Positions 16,136-25,581 of a stretch of 25,694 nt of DNA are shown piece after piece. The notes under the pieces are model-generated. The model was not told where the DNA came from and made no database searches. It saw only the letters and a list, made by a program, of their open reading frames with translations. Every line of letters starts with the position of its first letter. Position 1 is the first letter of the stretch. Position numbers and translations under genes: made by a program. This DNA is from Candidatus Undinarchaeota archaeon (lineage in GTDB: Archaea > Undinarchaeota > Undinarchaeia > Undinarchaeales > UBA543), in NCBI GenBank assembly GCA_964636545.1, contig CAZWSR010000010.1:1-25694 (forward strand), written 5' to 3'.

Positions 16136-16741
16136 ATGAAAGCAATACTGCTCTACTCAGGCGGAAAGGACTCAACTTTAGTAGCGCACTTGCTCAAGAT
16201 GCTTGGTTACGATTTCAAGTGTGTTACAGCAAACTTTGGGGTTGTTCCAGATTGCGTTAATGTAGCCGGCGATGTTGCTAAAACCCTTGGTTTTGAACAT
16301 GAAATAATGCAAATGCCACGAGAAATCCTGGAAAAAGGTGTTGAAATGTGCATTACAGAAGGATACGGTCGTCCTGGAATTAATTATATTCATCACGAAG
16401 TCCTGGAAGCAGCCTGCAAAAAGTATGGCGCCGAGTTTCCAGTAATTGCTGATGGTGGAAGGCGCGATGATAAAACACCAAAAATCAAATATCCTGAAAT
16501 TCAGAGCTTGGAAGCACGTCACAAAATCCAGTATTTCTGCCCACTAAATGGTTTTTCATACGCTACCATAAAGTATTTAACAGACAAACTCTTCGAAATA
16601 AAGTCTATCAGAGCAGGAGAGATACCGACTTCTGAATACGAAACTGAAATTAGAGAAATACTGCGTATTCGCAAGGAAGATCCATCAAAAATATTCCCTG
16701 CACATCATACTCATACAATTGTGAGAGGTTACAAAAAATGA
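16136..16741 (+). CDS. PP-loop (adenine nucleotide alpha hydrolase) protein, COG2117-type
   Basis: [11 protein letters not shown]-loop, [12 protein letters not shown] and SEYETEIR; conserved position before rpl39e. Confidence 0.9.
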   Translation: MKAILLYSGGKDSTLVAHLLKMLGYDFKCVTANFGVVPDCVNVAGDVAKTLGFEHEIMQMPREILEKGVEMCITEGYGRPGINYIHHEVLEAACKKYGAEFPVIADGGRRDDKTPKIKYPEIQSLEARHKIQYFCPLNGFSYATIKYLTDKLFEIKSIRAGEIPTSEYETEIREILRIRKEDPSKIFPAHHTHTIVRGYKK

Positions 16742-16893
16742 CTGCACGAAAAAGCCTAAACTACAAGTTGCGGCTTGCTAAACGAATAAAACAGAATACA
16801 ATCGTTCCACTGTGGGCTATAATGAAAACCAAGAGAAAAGTACGAACTCATCCACAGAGACGTTACTGGCGAAGATCTGCATTGAAGGTATAA
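16738..16893 (+). CDS. rpl39e: 50S ribosomal protein L39e; absent from ORF track
   Basis: [51 protein letters not shown]. Confidence 0.96.
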   Translation: MTARKSLNYKLRLAKRIKQNTIVPLWAIMKTKRKVRTHPQRRYWRRSALKV

Positions 16894-16894
16894 A

Positions 16895-17305
16895 ATGGCT
16901 GAAGAAACTAAAGAAATCAAAAAGGAAGAGGTTGCACCAAAACCTGAGCCAAAGCAGGACAAGCCAAAAAAAGAAGGTATATTAGCTCAAGCAAAAAAGA
17001 TGGCCGAATCAAAAAAGACAGGTAAGCCAGAAAAGAAAGAAGATCCAAAAAAAGAAGTTAAAAAAGGACCTGCACGAGTTTTCACAATTCCACTAAAAGT
17101 TGGACAACCACGCATGACAAAAACAAGGCGTGCAGTTAAACAAATTCGATTATTTGTTGAAAAGCACACAAAACAGGAAGCAGTTATTGATGAAGCACTT
17201 AATGAGCTTATGTGGTCCCGAGGAAGGAAAAAACCACCAGCAAGCATTAGGGTTTCTGTTGAGACAAGCGAAGACAATAAAGCAGTTGTTTCACTTAAGA
17301 AATAG
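16895..17305 (+). CDS. rpl31e: 50S ribosomal protein L31e with N-terminal Lys/Glu extension
   Basis: RVFTIPL, RAVKQIRLFVEKH and LNELMWSRGRKKPPASIRV. Confidence 0.95.
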   Translation: MAEETKEIKKEEVAPKPEPKQDKPKKEGILAQAKKMAESKKTGKPEKKEDPKKEVKKGPARVFTIPLKVGQPRMTKTRRAVKQIRLFVEKHTKQEAVIDEALNELMWSRGRKKPPASIRVSVETSEDNKAVVSLKK

Positions 17306-17313
17306 GAGATAAA

Positions 17314-17631
17314 ATGACAAACAAAACATTCAAAGTTTCAGGCACTTATTCTTTTAGGCGAGGCACTTATCCTTTTGTAAAAACAGTTACTTCTGAAAAT
17401 GAAGAATCTGCTCGCGAAGTAGTTTTCTGCGTAATGGGTTCAAATCACAAACTAAAACGCGGTGAAATGGAAGTTACTGGTATTGAAGCTGTTTCAGAAA
17501 CTAAAGCAAAAGCAGTAGCAAAAGAAATTAAAGCTGAAGAACCTGAACCACAAAAACCAGCAGCTCCAGAACCAACTACTCCGGCCCCAGAACCAGAAGC
17601 ACCTGAACAGCCAGAACAACCTACTCAATAA
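17314..17631 (+). CDS. rpl18a: 50S ribosomal protein L18a (LX) with Pro/Glu tail
   Basis: FKVSG, FVKTV, ARE.VFCVMGSNHKLKR. Confidence 0.92.
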   Translation: MTNKTFKVSGTYSFRRGTYPFVKTVTSENEESAREVVFCVMGSNHKLKRGEMEVTGIEAVSETKAKAVAKEIKAEEPEPQKPAAPEPTTPAPEPEAPEQPEQPTQ

Positions 17632-17632
17632 A

Positions 17633-18073
17633 ATGACAAATAAACAACCTGATAATGATTTTCAGCAAAAATATATGCAGTATAATGTTTGCAAACAGCA
17701 AGCACAAGGCTTGATGAAGGAAATTTCTGTATTAAATCAAACTGCACAGAGTTTAAGCACTGCAAAAGAAGTTCTTTTAACTGTTGATGCTGCAAAAGAC
17801 AAATCAGAAGTTCTTATTCCTGTTGGCGGGAACACATTTCTTAAAGCAAAAATGGATGACACAAACAATGTTCTTATGGGTGTTGGCTCTGATGTTGTTT
17901 TGAAAAAATCAGTTTCTGATGCTCGTTCTTCAATTGATGAACAGCTTGCAAATCTGAATTCTGCTGGTGACAAGCTTGCTGGCGAGATGAAAGCTCTAGA
18001 AGATAAAATGAAAGTGCTTGAGCCAGAACTGCAGAAGAGAATGATGGAAATGCAGAAAGAACAGAAGAAATAA
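17633..18073 (+). CDS. pfdA: Prefoldin subunit alpha
   Basis: Coiled coil, EVLIPVGGNTFLKA...VLMGVGSDV hairpins, coiled coil. Confidence 0.95.
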   Translation: MTNKQPDNDFQQKYMQYNVCKQQAQGLMKEISVLNQTAQSLSTAKEVLLTVDAAKDKSEVLIPVGGNTFLKAKMDDTNNVLMGVGSDVVLKKSVSDARSSIDEQLANLNSAGDKLAGEMKALEDKMKVLEPELQKRMMEMQKEQKK

Positions 18074-18121
18074 TCTGTTCCAAAATCCTTATAACCAATA
18101 GATTTTATCCAAAACATTACA

Positions 18122-19642
18122 ATGTTTGAGAATTTAAAAAAGAAGCTCAAGAAGGCCATAAGCAAGGTCTCAGGAAAGATTGACGAGCCAGAGCCAGAAG
18201 TAATTGAAGAAGAAATTTTAGAAGATGCTCAAGCAGAAGAGAAAGCTGAGGAAATTATTGAAGAAGCTGAAAAAGTAGAAGAAGCAATCTCTGAGAAAGA
18301 TCATGATCACGAAGCTGAAGTTGAGGAAGTTATTGAAGAAACTCTTAAAGAACCAATTCCAGAACCAGAACTTGAGCTTGAAAAAGAAACTGAAAAAACC
18401 GAAGAGCTTGAAAAAGAACTTGTTGAGGATGAGAAAGCTGAGGAGCTTATTGAAGAAATCAAGGAAGAGCCAAAAACTGAGGAAGAAGAAAAACTCGAGG
18501 AAAAAACCGAAGAACTCATTGAAAAAGTCCTTGATACTGAACCAAATGAAGTCGAGATTAAAGAAGCTAAAAAAGAGCTTGCTGAATCACCTGTTGTTGA
18601 TCTTGATGATGCTGAACTGCAGATAATTCAAGAGGCTGAAAAGGAAGCAGAAGCTGAAATTGAAAAGCACAAAGAAGTTCTGAAAAAAGAAGGTGAAGGA
18701 TTTTTCAAGAGGATGTTCAAGAAGAAAGAGAAACCTCCTGAAGAACCAAAACCAACACCAAAACCTGAAACACCTCACGCAACCTTGATGGAGAGGCTTC
18801 GCAACAAAAAGCTTTCTGATAAAGACATGGACAAGGTTCTCTGGGATCTTGAGCTCGCACTTATTGAAAATGATGTTGCAAAAGAAGTTACTGAAAAAAT
18901 CAATAATGATATAAAGCAAAAACTTCTTGGCTCTGAATCTTCTCGCCAAAGTGTACAAACCATAATCACTGACACACTCAAAAACTCACTTAATGATATT
19001 TTAAGAAAAGAAAAAATTGATATTGCTCAAAAAGCCAAGGACAAAACCGAGAAGCCGTATGTTATTTTGTTCTTTGGATTTAATGGAACTGGCAAGACAA
19101 TGACAATAGGTAAGTTTGCAAAACTACTCAAAAATGCTGGTCTAACTTGCGTAATGGCTGCTGGAGATACTTTCCGTGCAGCTGCAATTGAACAACTTGA
19201 AATTCATGCAAACAATCTTGGTGTTCCAATAATTAAACAGGAGCGCGGTTCTGATTCAGCTGCAGTGATTTATGATGCAATTGATCATGCAAAAGCAAAA
19301 GGAATTGATGTTGTGCTTGCAGATACTGCTGGCCGGTCTGATACTAATATTAATTTAATGGATGAGCTAAAGAAAGTAGTTCGAGTTAATTCTCCTGATC
19401 TGAAAGTTTTTGTTGGAGATGCTTTAACTGGAAATGATGCAGCTGACCAAGCAAAAGTGTTCCACGAATCAGTTGGAATTGATGCTTCTGTGCTTACAAA
19501 AATTGATTGTGATGCAAAAGGTGGGGCATGCTTATCTGTTTCTTATGTAACTGATGCTCCAATTGTTTATCTTGGAACTGGGCAGGGTTATGACGACATG
19601 GAACCTTTTGAACCAGAATGGTTTTTGAACAAGGTATTTTAA
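18122..19642 (+). CDS. ftsY: SRP receptor FtsY with long acidic N-terminal domain
   Basis: GFNGTGKT, DTFRAAA, DTAGR, TKIDCDAKGG and GTGQGYDD. Confidence 0.98.
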   Translation: MFENLKKKLKKAISKVSGKIDEPEPEVIEEEILEDAQAEEKAEEIIEEAEKVEEAISEKDHDHEAEVEEVIEETLKEPIPEPELELEKETEKTEELEKELVEDEKAEELIEEIKEEPKTEEEEKLEEKTEELIEKVLDTEPNEVEIKEAKKELAESPVVDLDDAELQIIQEAEKEAEAEIEKHKEVLKKEGEGFFKRMFKKKEKPPEEPKPTPKPETPHATLMERLRNKKLSDKDMDKVLWDLELALIENDVAKEVTEKINNDIKQKLLGSESSRQSVQTIITDTLKNSLNDILRKEKIDIAQKAKDKTEKPYVILFFGFNGTGKTMTIGKFAKLLKNAGLTCVMAAGDTFRAAAIEQLEIHANNLGVPIIKQERGSDSAAVIYDAIDHAKAKGIDVVLADTAGRSDTNINLMDELKKVVRVNSPDLKVFVGDALTGNDAADQAKVFHESVGIDASVLTKIDCDAKGGACLSVSYVTDAPIVYLGTGQGYDDMEPFEPEWFLNKVF

Positions 19643-19643
19643 T

Positions 19644-19871
19644 CTATACTATTTCTTTTACAATCTCTTTCAGGGAATAATGAGCACCAATTAAAATTAT
19701 AATACCAATAAGTAGTGAAACCCACAAGCTTAGGATTGGTTTGCTTGGAAGTAAATACTGGTCACTTAATCCCCAAACTCCGCGCCAGATAGAAATTACT
19801 GCAAATATTATAATTAATGTGAATAGTATCTGGTGTTTGGTTCTCAATTGTTCAAATTTCTTAAAGACCAT
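19644..19871 (-). CDS. Small two-TM hypothetical membrane protein
   Basis: HQILFTLIII...WRGVWGLSD...SLLIGIIIL; AGAGGA precedes the ATG. Confidence 0.8.
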   Translation of the reverse strand: MVFKKFEQLRTKHQILFTLIIIFAVISIWRGVWGLSDQYLLPSKPILSLWVSLLIGIIILIGAHYSLKEIVKEIV

Positions 19872-19998
19872 ATGTCCTCTTTATCAGTTCTGGTTTAATA
19901 CTATTTAAAACCAATTATCTCTAAATCTTACTTTTTCTAATATAGTGCATTTGTCATATATTCCGAAACATATATAACTGGCTTTATACACGGAATTC

Positions 19999-20062
19999 TT
20001 GGGAAAACCCCCTGAGGGCTCAAATGGTGTGTGGGAGACGGTCACTCATTGGTAAGCAGAGT
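19999..20062. other. Second, permuted copy of the motif at 7378-7472
   Basis: CCCCCTGAGG 20008-20017, GGTGTGTG 20026-20033, GAGACGGT 20035-20042, AAGCAG 20054-20059. Confidence 0.45.
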
Positions 20063-21474
20063 ATTTCTCTTACTGGTGGTTTGATTCTACTTTTTTCTTC
20101 TTTCATACTATTTTTTTCCCTATATGCGAGCGGCGCTTTGGCGTTCCCCCGCCCCGAAGTGCCAGTGTTTATAATTATTATAGAGAAGTGTCTAATGGAA
20201 AATTCCTTCCGCGATTTCATCTTGTTGAAAAATGGCTAACTTCTGAGCATTCAATGTCTTATTATGGTTCTGATTATGATCAACCTGCTTGCGGTTCTGA
20301 TTTAATAGATTCTGCAAATGCTTGTACAGTTGATCTTGTTCGCGAAGTTGTTGCACAAGCAGAAGGGCAAAATACTCCCTTTCAAGCATATGCGCACAAC
20401 AATAAACTTCATCTCATACTCATCCACGCTGGTGAGAATCAAGCAAAATCCTCCATTTTGCATGGTAACCGGCAATCCCTCCTCCACACTAAGTGGCAAT
20501 TTTTGGAAACCCCCATAAAGCTGCGAGACGGTACAGAAATCCAATCCTACGTCTTGGTTTCTGAGGAGGACGGGATTGCTGCTATTTCCCATGAAATTGG
20601 ACATGAGCTTGGCTTACCTGAGCTTTACGACCCTGACCAGAGTTCAGATGGAATTGGAATTTGGGGTTTGATGAGCCTGCAAACCGATCTTGACAACCCA
20701 GTTGGAATGTCTGCTTGGTCTCGTTCTTTTCTTGGGTGGCAACCTACTGTGGTTGTAAATCGTTCTGGAAATTATGAAATAACTCCTGAAACTATTTTCA
20801 AAGTTCCAATTACAGATTCTGAATACTTCCTTTTGGAAAACAGACAACAAACTGGATTTGATTCTGAATTACCTGGGAGTGGAGTTCTGATTTGGCATGT
20901 TGATGAATCAGTTCAAAATAAGCAGAATCCATTATTCTTGAATTCTGATGAAACTCACAGATTCTTGGATTTGGAAGAAGCACACGATCTTTCACAAGAT
21001 CTTGATGTTGGAAACGATGCTAATCTTGCAAATCAACTCAATTATGGTGAGGAAGAAGATGCTTGGTATTTTGAACCGCAAATAATGAAATGCAAAGGTC
21101 TTGCTGATTTGCGAATATTTCCAAGATGCCATCAAAGTGATTTTACTCCATATTCAAATCCTAATTCAAATTCAAACAGTGGTGCAGTAACAAACATTTC
21201 AATAATGGTGCAGAGCGAGCCAGGTCGTGTTATGAATGTTGCCATTATAATTCCAGAAAATCAACCAGCCACTCAATACGTAATTCCAGATATTCCTGAA
21301 CCTGTAAAAAATACTGATTCCAAAGCTCCTACAACTAATGCACTTCTTATGACTCCTTCTAACTTTTTGGAGAGTCGCAAGAGTCCGCTTTCAACATATT
21401 CAATGGCATTTGTTATTTTCATGATCGATCTTGTCCTATTCGTGGCAGTTACATCAAGAAAAGGAGGTGGTTAA
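20024..21474 (+). pseudogene. Frameshifted M6 (immune inhibitor A-like) metalloprotease with signal peptide and C-terminal TM anchor
   Basis: Signal-peptide-like segment in the 20024 frame; SVYNYYREVSNGK, IHAG, HEIGHELGLPELYD, YFLLENR and GVLIWHVDE in the 20188 frame; the frames differ by 1 nt. Confidence 0.65.
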
Positions 21475-21477
21475 AAA

Positions 21478-21654
21478 GTGATACTTGATTTGCTTGGTGC
21501 ATTATCATTGCTCTGGATTGTTAAATTAGCAGCAGTTGGCGTTTTCGTGTATGTGTTTGTGAAATACTTCAAATATTTCATGGTTGCAGGCGCAGTAGTG
21601 GTAATAACATTCATGCTGGTTTCAATTTTTTCATTGTTCCTGCCGCTGTTTTAA
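21478..21654 (+). CDS. 58-aa two-TM membrane protein; absent from ORF track
   Basis: GTG after strong AGGAGGTG; MILDLLGALSLLWIVKLAAVGVFVYVFVKYFKYFMVAGAVVVITFMLVSIFSLFLPLF. Confidence 0.75.
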   Translation: MILDLLGALSLLWIVKLAAVGVFVYVFVKYFKYFMVAGAVVVITFMLVSIFSLFLPLF

Positions 21655-21661
21655 ATAAAAT

Positions 21662-21736
21662 TGCAGGTGGTTTATGGTTCTATGCTTTTTTTGCATGGCT
21701 CTATTTTTCCTCCCCCTCAAACTACCTGCACTTTTT
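21662..21736 (+). terminator. Long stem-loop followed by T tract; terminator or 3' structured element
   Basis: TGCAGGTGGTTT 21662-21673 pairs with AAACTACCTGCA 21719-21730 (one G-U), followed by CTTTTT. Confidence 0.5.
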
Positions 21737-21792
21737 ACCTTCCGATTTCTAATACATAAACTATTAAATACTCAATTTTGATTTCAAAAACT

Positions 21793-22734
21793 ATGATTAG
21801 AGTAGGTGTTATAGGTGCTGGCAAGTGGGGCAAGAACCATGTTAGAGTATACTCTCAACTTGAGAACTGCGAGCTTGTTGGACTAGCTGACATAAATCCT
21901 GAAACCAAGGCGCTTGCTGACGAATTTAATACTGGATTTTTCACTGATTATCATGAAATGCTTGAAAAATGCGATGCTGTTTCAATTGTTGTACCTACTG
22001 ATCTGCATTATGAAATTGTCAAAGAATGCGTAAATGCTGGCAAACATGTGCTTGTTGAAAAGCCATTAACAAAAAATGCTGAGCAGTCAGCAGAACTTCG
22101 GAAACTAGCTGAGGAAAAAGGAGTTTATTTGACTGTTGGCTATTTGTTCAGATTTAATGCAGCTGTTCAGGAATTAAAAAAGCGCTTACCAGAACTTGGT
22201 GATATTCAATACATAACAGCAAGATATATGCATTCAAACAAGCCACCACGCAAGGACTCTGGAGTTGTTTTTAATTTCGGTGTTCACTTAATTGATATTC
22301 TAAGTTTTGTTCTTGAACAAAAACCAAAGAAAGTTTATTGCAAATCAAAAAGCTTTTTGTCAGAACGAGAAGATGCTGCAATTGCAACAATGGATTATGG
22401 CAGTTTCATGGCAGAGCTTGAAATGAGCTGGCTTCACCCGCTAAAGAAACGTGATATGTGGGTAATTGGTTCAAAGAAAAAAGTTTACATTGACTTGCTT
22501 GAGCAAATGATGACAATTTATACAATTGAAGTTAGCTATGACGGCAACAAAATTGAGCCAGAACAAAATATTGAAATTCACAAAAACGAGCCACTGAAAG
22601 AAGAATTAACAAGTTTTATTAGCACAATTGATTCAGGAAATTTTGCAAATGGCAATGATGCTTATGACACTACAAAAATTTGCGAACTTTGTTTAAAATC
22701 ATCTGCAGAAGGAGTTGAACTTTCAAATGAATAA
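21793..22734 (+). CDS. Gfo/Idh/MocA oxidoreductase, WbpB/WlbA-like nucleotide-sugar 3-dehydrogenase
   Basis: VGVIGAGKWG, GKHVLVEKP, RFN and GVHLID; gene context. Confidence 0.9.
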   Translation: MIRVGVIGAGKWGKNHVRVYSQLENCELVGLADINPETKALADEFNTGFFTDYHEMLEKCDAVSIVVPTDLHYEIVKECVNAGKHVLVEKPLTKNAEQSAELRKLAEEKGVYLTVGYLFRFNAAVQELKKRLPELGDIQYITARYMHSNKPPRKDSGVVFNFGVHLIDILSFVLEQKPKKVYCKSKSFLSEREDAAIATMDYGSFMAELEMSWLHPLKKRDMWVIGSKKKVYIDLLEQMMTIYTIEVSYDGNKIEPEQNIEIHKNEPLKEELTSFISTIDSGNFANGNDAYDTTKICELCLKSSAEGVELSNE

Positions 22735-23347
22735 ACAATATAAAAATGTTAAACTTGGTGAAAACTGTGAGCTAGGTGGCAATAATGAAATCGGAGTTAC
22801 GCCTCGCGGAAAAACTGAGGGCGAACTTGAAACAGTTATTGGAAATAATGCAGTTATTCGCTCAAACACAGTAATTTATGCTGGAAATAAAATTGGAAAT
22901 AATTTACAAACCGGTCATGGTGTAATGATTCGTGAAGAAAATGAAATTGGAGATGATGTTTCAATTGGAACAAATTCAGTTGTTGAGCATCATGTGAAAA
23001 TCGGAAACAAAGTGCGAATGCATACTGGAGTTTTTGTTCCAGAATACACAATTATTGAAGAAGGTGCATGGATTGGACCAAAAGTTGCAATTACAAATGC
23101 GCGATTCCCTCTTGGAAAAGATATTAAACAGAGATTAGAAGGAGTTACAATTAAAAAGAATGTGAAAATTGGGGCAAATGCAACAATCTTGCCTGGTGTT
23201 ACAATTGGTGAAAATTCATTAATTGGTGCCGGAAGCGTTGTTATTTCAGATGTTCCAGAAAATAGCGTTGCTGTTGGAAATCCAGCAAAGGTCATCAAGA
23301 AAGTTGATGAACTGAAATATGATGATGGCGTGAAGCCGTATGATTAA
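22727..23347 (+). CDS. Hexapeptide-repeat N-acetyltransferase, WbpD/WlbB-like
   Basis: Left-handed beta-helix repeats; IGANATILPGVTIG...GAGSVV...GNPAK. Confidence 0.92.
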   Translation: MNKQYKNVKLGENCELGGNNEIGVTPRGKTEGELETVIGNNAVIRSNTVIYAGNKIGNNLQTGHGVMIREENEIGDDVSIGTNSVVEHHVKIGNKVRMHTGVFVPEYTIIEEGAWIGPKVAITNARFPLGKDIKQRLEGVTIKKNVKIGANATILPGVTIGENSLIGAGSVVISDVPENSVAVGNPAKVIKKVDELKYDDGVKPYD

Positions 23348-23348
23348 A

Positions 23349-23415
23349 GGCGTCAGCGGTCAGCCCTCAGCAGTCAGGACCTGATGGCTGAAGGCCGAGG
23401 GCCGATACCTTAACC
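23349..23415. repeat. REP-like 4+4 heptamer palindrome, copy B
   Basis: ggcgtca gcggtca gccctca gcagtca GGACC tgatggc tgaaggc cgagggc cgatacc TTAACC. Confidence 0.9.
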
Positions 23416-23429
23416 AAAAGGACAAAAAA

Positions 23430-24530
23430 ATGAAAGTACCACTAGTTGACTTAGTTGCACAATACAACTCAATTAAAGAGGAAATGGATATCGCAATCCA
23501 GGGAATTCTGGACAGCGGTCAATTTATTTTAGGTGAACCAGTTAAGAAATTTGAAAAAGAATTTGCTGATTACTGTGGAGCAAAACGCTCTGTTGGTGTT
23601 GGAAACGGCACAGCTGGATTAAAGCTCGCACTTCTTGCTTGTGGTATTGGAAAAGGCGATGAAGTAATTACAACTCCGCACACATTCGGTGCAACAACTG
23701 AAGCAATCATTGACTGTGGTGCAGTTCCAAAATTCGTAGATATTGAAGAGAAAACCTACAACATTGATCCTCAATTAATAGAAGCAGCTGTAACTGAAAA
23801 AACAAAAGCAATTCTTCCAGTTCATCTTTATGGCCAGACTTGTGACATGGGAAAGATTATGGAAATTGCAGAAAAGCACAGTTTAAAAGTTATTGAAGAT
23901 GCATGTCAGGCACATGGTTCAGAATACAATGGAAAGCGAGTTGGTGCAATTGGAGATGCTGGGGTTTTTAGTTTCTACCCTGGAAAGAATCTTGGAGCAT
24001 ATGGTGATGCAGGCGGTGTGACTACAAATTCTGATGAAATTGCTGATAAGATTTTAATACTTCGTAATCACGGCAGAACTGGAAAATACAAGCACGAATA
24101 TTTTGGAATGAATGACAGAATCGATGCTTTGCAAGCAGCTGTTCTTTCAGTTAAACTTCCTCACATGGATAAGTGGACAGACATGCGGAGAGCAAATGCG
24201 AAGATTTACAATGAATATCTGGAAGGGTCAGATGCAATAATTCCATTTGAAGCAGAGTATGCAAAACATGTTTATCATTTGTATGTTGCAAGAATTCAGA
24301 ACAGGGATGCAAGATTAGCAAAACTACAGGAGAAAGAAATTGGAGCTGGAATACATTATCCAACACCATTACATCTCCAGCCCGTTTTCAAGAATCTTGG
24401 ATATAAAGAAGGCGATTTCCCAGTAACTGAGAAGATTGCAAAAGAAATAATTACACTTCCAATGTATCCTGAAATGCCAAGAGAACAGATTGAGTTTACT
24501 TGCACTAGTTTGAAAGAAACATTACAATAA
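23430..24530 (+). CDS. DegT/DnrJ/EryC1/StrS PLP-dependent sugar aminotransferase, WbpE/WlbC-like
   Basis: [16 protein letters not shown] and [15 protein letters not shown] (PLP lysine). Confidence 0.95.
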   Translation: MKVPLVDLVAQYNSIKEEMDIAIQGILDSGQFILGEPVKKFEKEFADYCGAKRSVGVGNGTAGLKLALLACGIGKGDEVITTPHTFGATTEAIIDCGAVPKFVDIEEKTYNIDPQLIEAAVTEKTKAILPVHLYGQTCDMGKIMEIAEKHSLKVIEDACQAHGSEYNGKRVGAIGDAGVFSFYPGKNLGAYGDAGGVTTNSDEIADKILILRNHGRTGKYKHEYFGMNDRIDALQAAVLSVKLPHMDKWTDMRRANAKIYNEYLEGSDAIIPFEAEYAKHVYHLYVARIQNRDARLAKLQEKEIGAGIHYPTPLHLQPVFKNLGYKEGDFPVTEKIAKEIITLPMYPEMPREQIEFTCTSLKETLQ

Positions 24531-25475
24531 AACCTGCAACAAATTAAACAAATACCCTGTAAATATTATTCCAAGTGTTACAATTCCAAAGAATATTAGA
24601 ATAAGTTTCAGTTTCATTGCCCTTCTCAAAATAATTGCTTCTGGGAAACTTAATGCAGCAGTTGCCATCATAAATGCTAATGCTGTTCCAAGTGGCACAC
24701 CTTTGTTAAAGAGCACAACTGCGATTGGCACTATTGCTGCACAGCTACCATACATTGGAACTCCAAGCAGAACTGCAATTGGGACAGTGAAAATTCCGCC
24801 TTTGCTAATAACTGATTGTATTACTTCTGAAGGAATGTAATTGTGAATAATTGCGCCAACTCCAACACCAACAAGTATCCAAATCCAGAGTTTTTTAAGA
24901 ATTGAAAGTGCTTCATCTATTCCAAATAAAATTCGCTCTTTCAGATTTAAATAATTTTGCTCTTTTAATTCAGCTGATTTAACAATATCTTTTTCAAGGT
25001 ACTTTTCCAAACCAAGTTTTCCCATTATTAATCCAATAATCACACCAAGAACCATACCACTTAGTACATAAAGTGCAGTGATTTTCCATCCAAAGAATCC
25101 AAGCATTAGCACAACTAAGTACTCATTTACAAGTGGTGAAGTAATTAAAAATGAAAAAGTTACTCCAAGAGGAACTCCGGATTTAATAAAACTCAGGAAA
25201 ATTGGAATTGAGGAACAGGAACAGAATGGTGTAATTGCTCCAAAAGTTGATGCAACAATGTTACTAGCTCCAAATCTTTTCTTGCTTAGCCAATTACGAA
25301 CTTTTATTGGAGAAATATATGTTCTTAAAAACCCAACAATTGCTATGAAAACAAACAGCATCAGCAATATTTTCACTGTGTCAGAAAGGAAAAAATTAAG
25401 ACTCTTCATTGCATGCGAAGCTGGATCTAGACCAGCGAGTCCATACATTATCCAATCAATACTTGCTTGAATCAT
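24522..25475 (-). CDS. DUF318/ArsP-family permease
   Basis: About eight TM segments; [16 protein letters not shown] and GVPMY motifs. Confidence 0.9.
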   Translation of the reverse strand: MIQASIDWIMYGLAGLDPASHAMKSLNFFLSDTVKILLMLFVFIAIVGFLRTYISPIKVRNWLSKKRFGASNIVASTFGAITPFCSCSSIPIFLSFIKSGVPLGVTFSFLITSPLVNEYLVVLMLGFFGWKITALYVLSGMVLGVIIGLIMGKLGLEKYLEKDIVKSAELKEQNYLNLKERILFGIDEALSILKKLWIWILVGVGVGAIIHNYIPSEVIQSVISKGGIFTVPIAVLLGVPMYGSCAAIVPIAVVLFNKGVPLGTALAFMMATAALSFPEAIILRRAMKLKLILIFFGIVTLGIIFTGYLFNLLQVLL

Positions 25476-25479
25476 TTAG

Positions 25480-25581
25480 TTAGTGACAGCTACAGCTGCA
25501 CCCACAACCTTTTTTTGGCTTTGATTTTTTCTTTATCCATTTGTCAAATCTTTTCCAAAGACTTTGTTTCTTTTCAGTCAT
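25480..25581 (-). CDS. 33-aa basic peptide with Cys-rich tail; absent from ORF track
   Basis: MTEKKQSLWKRFDKWIKKKSKPKKGCGCSCSCH; GGGGG upstream; overlaps the previous stop and ends 4 nt before the permease ATG. Confidence 0.65.
   Translation of the reverse strand: MTEKKQSLWKRFDKWIKKKSKPKKGCGCSCSCH

Noticed and set aside
18742-18785. Possible further heptamer cassette in the FtsY linker
   Set aside because: Periodicity is too weak to separate from Pro/Lys/Thr codon composition.
20521-20533. 13-nt match CTGCGAGACGGTA to 7439-7451
   Set aside because: Lies in protease coding sequence (LRDG) with no flanking similarity; treated as probable chance.
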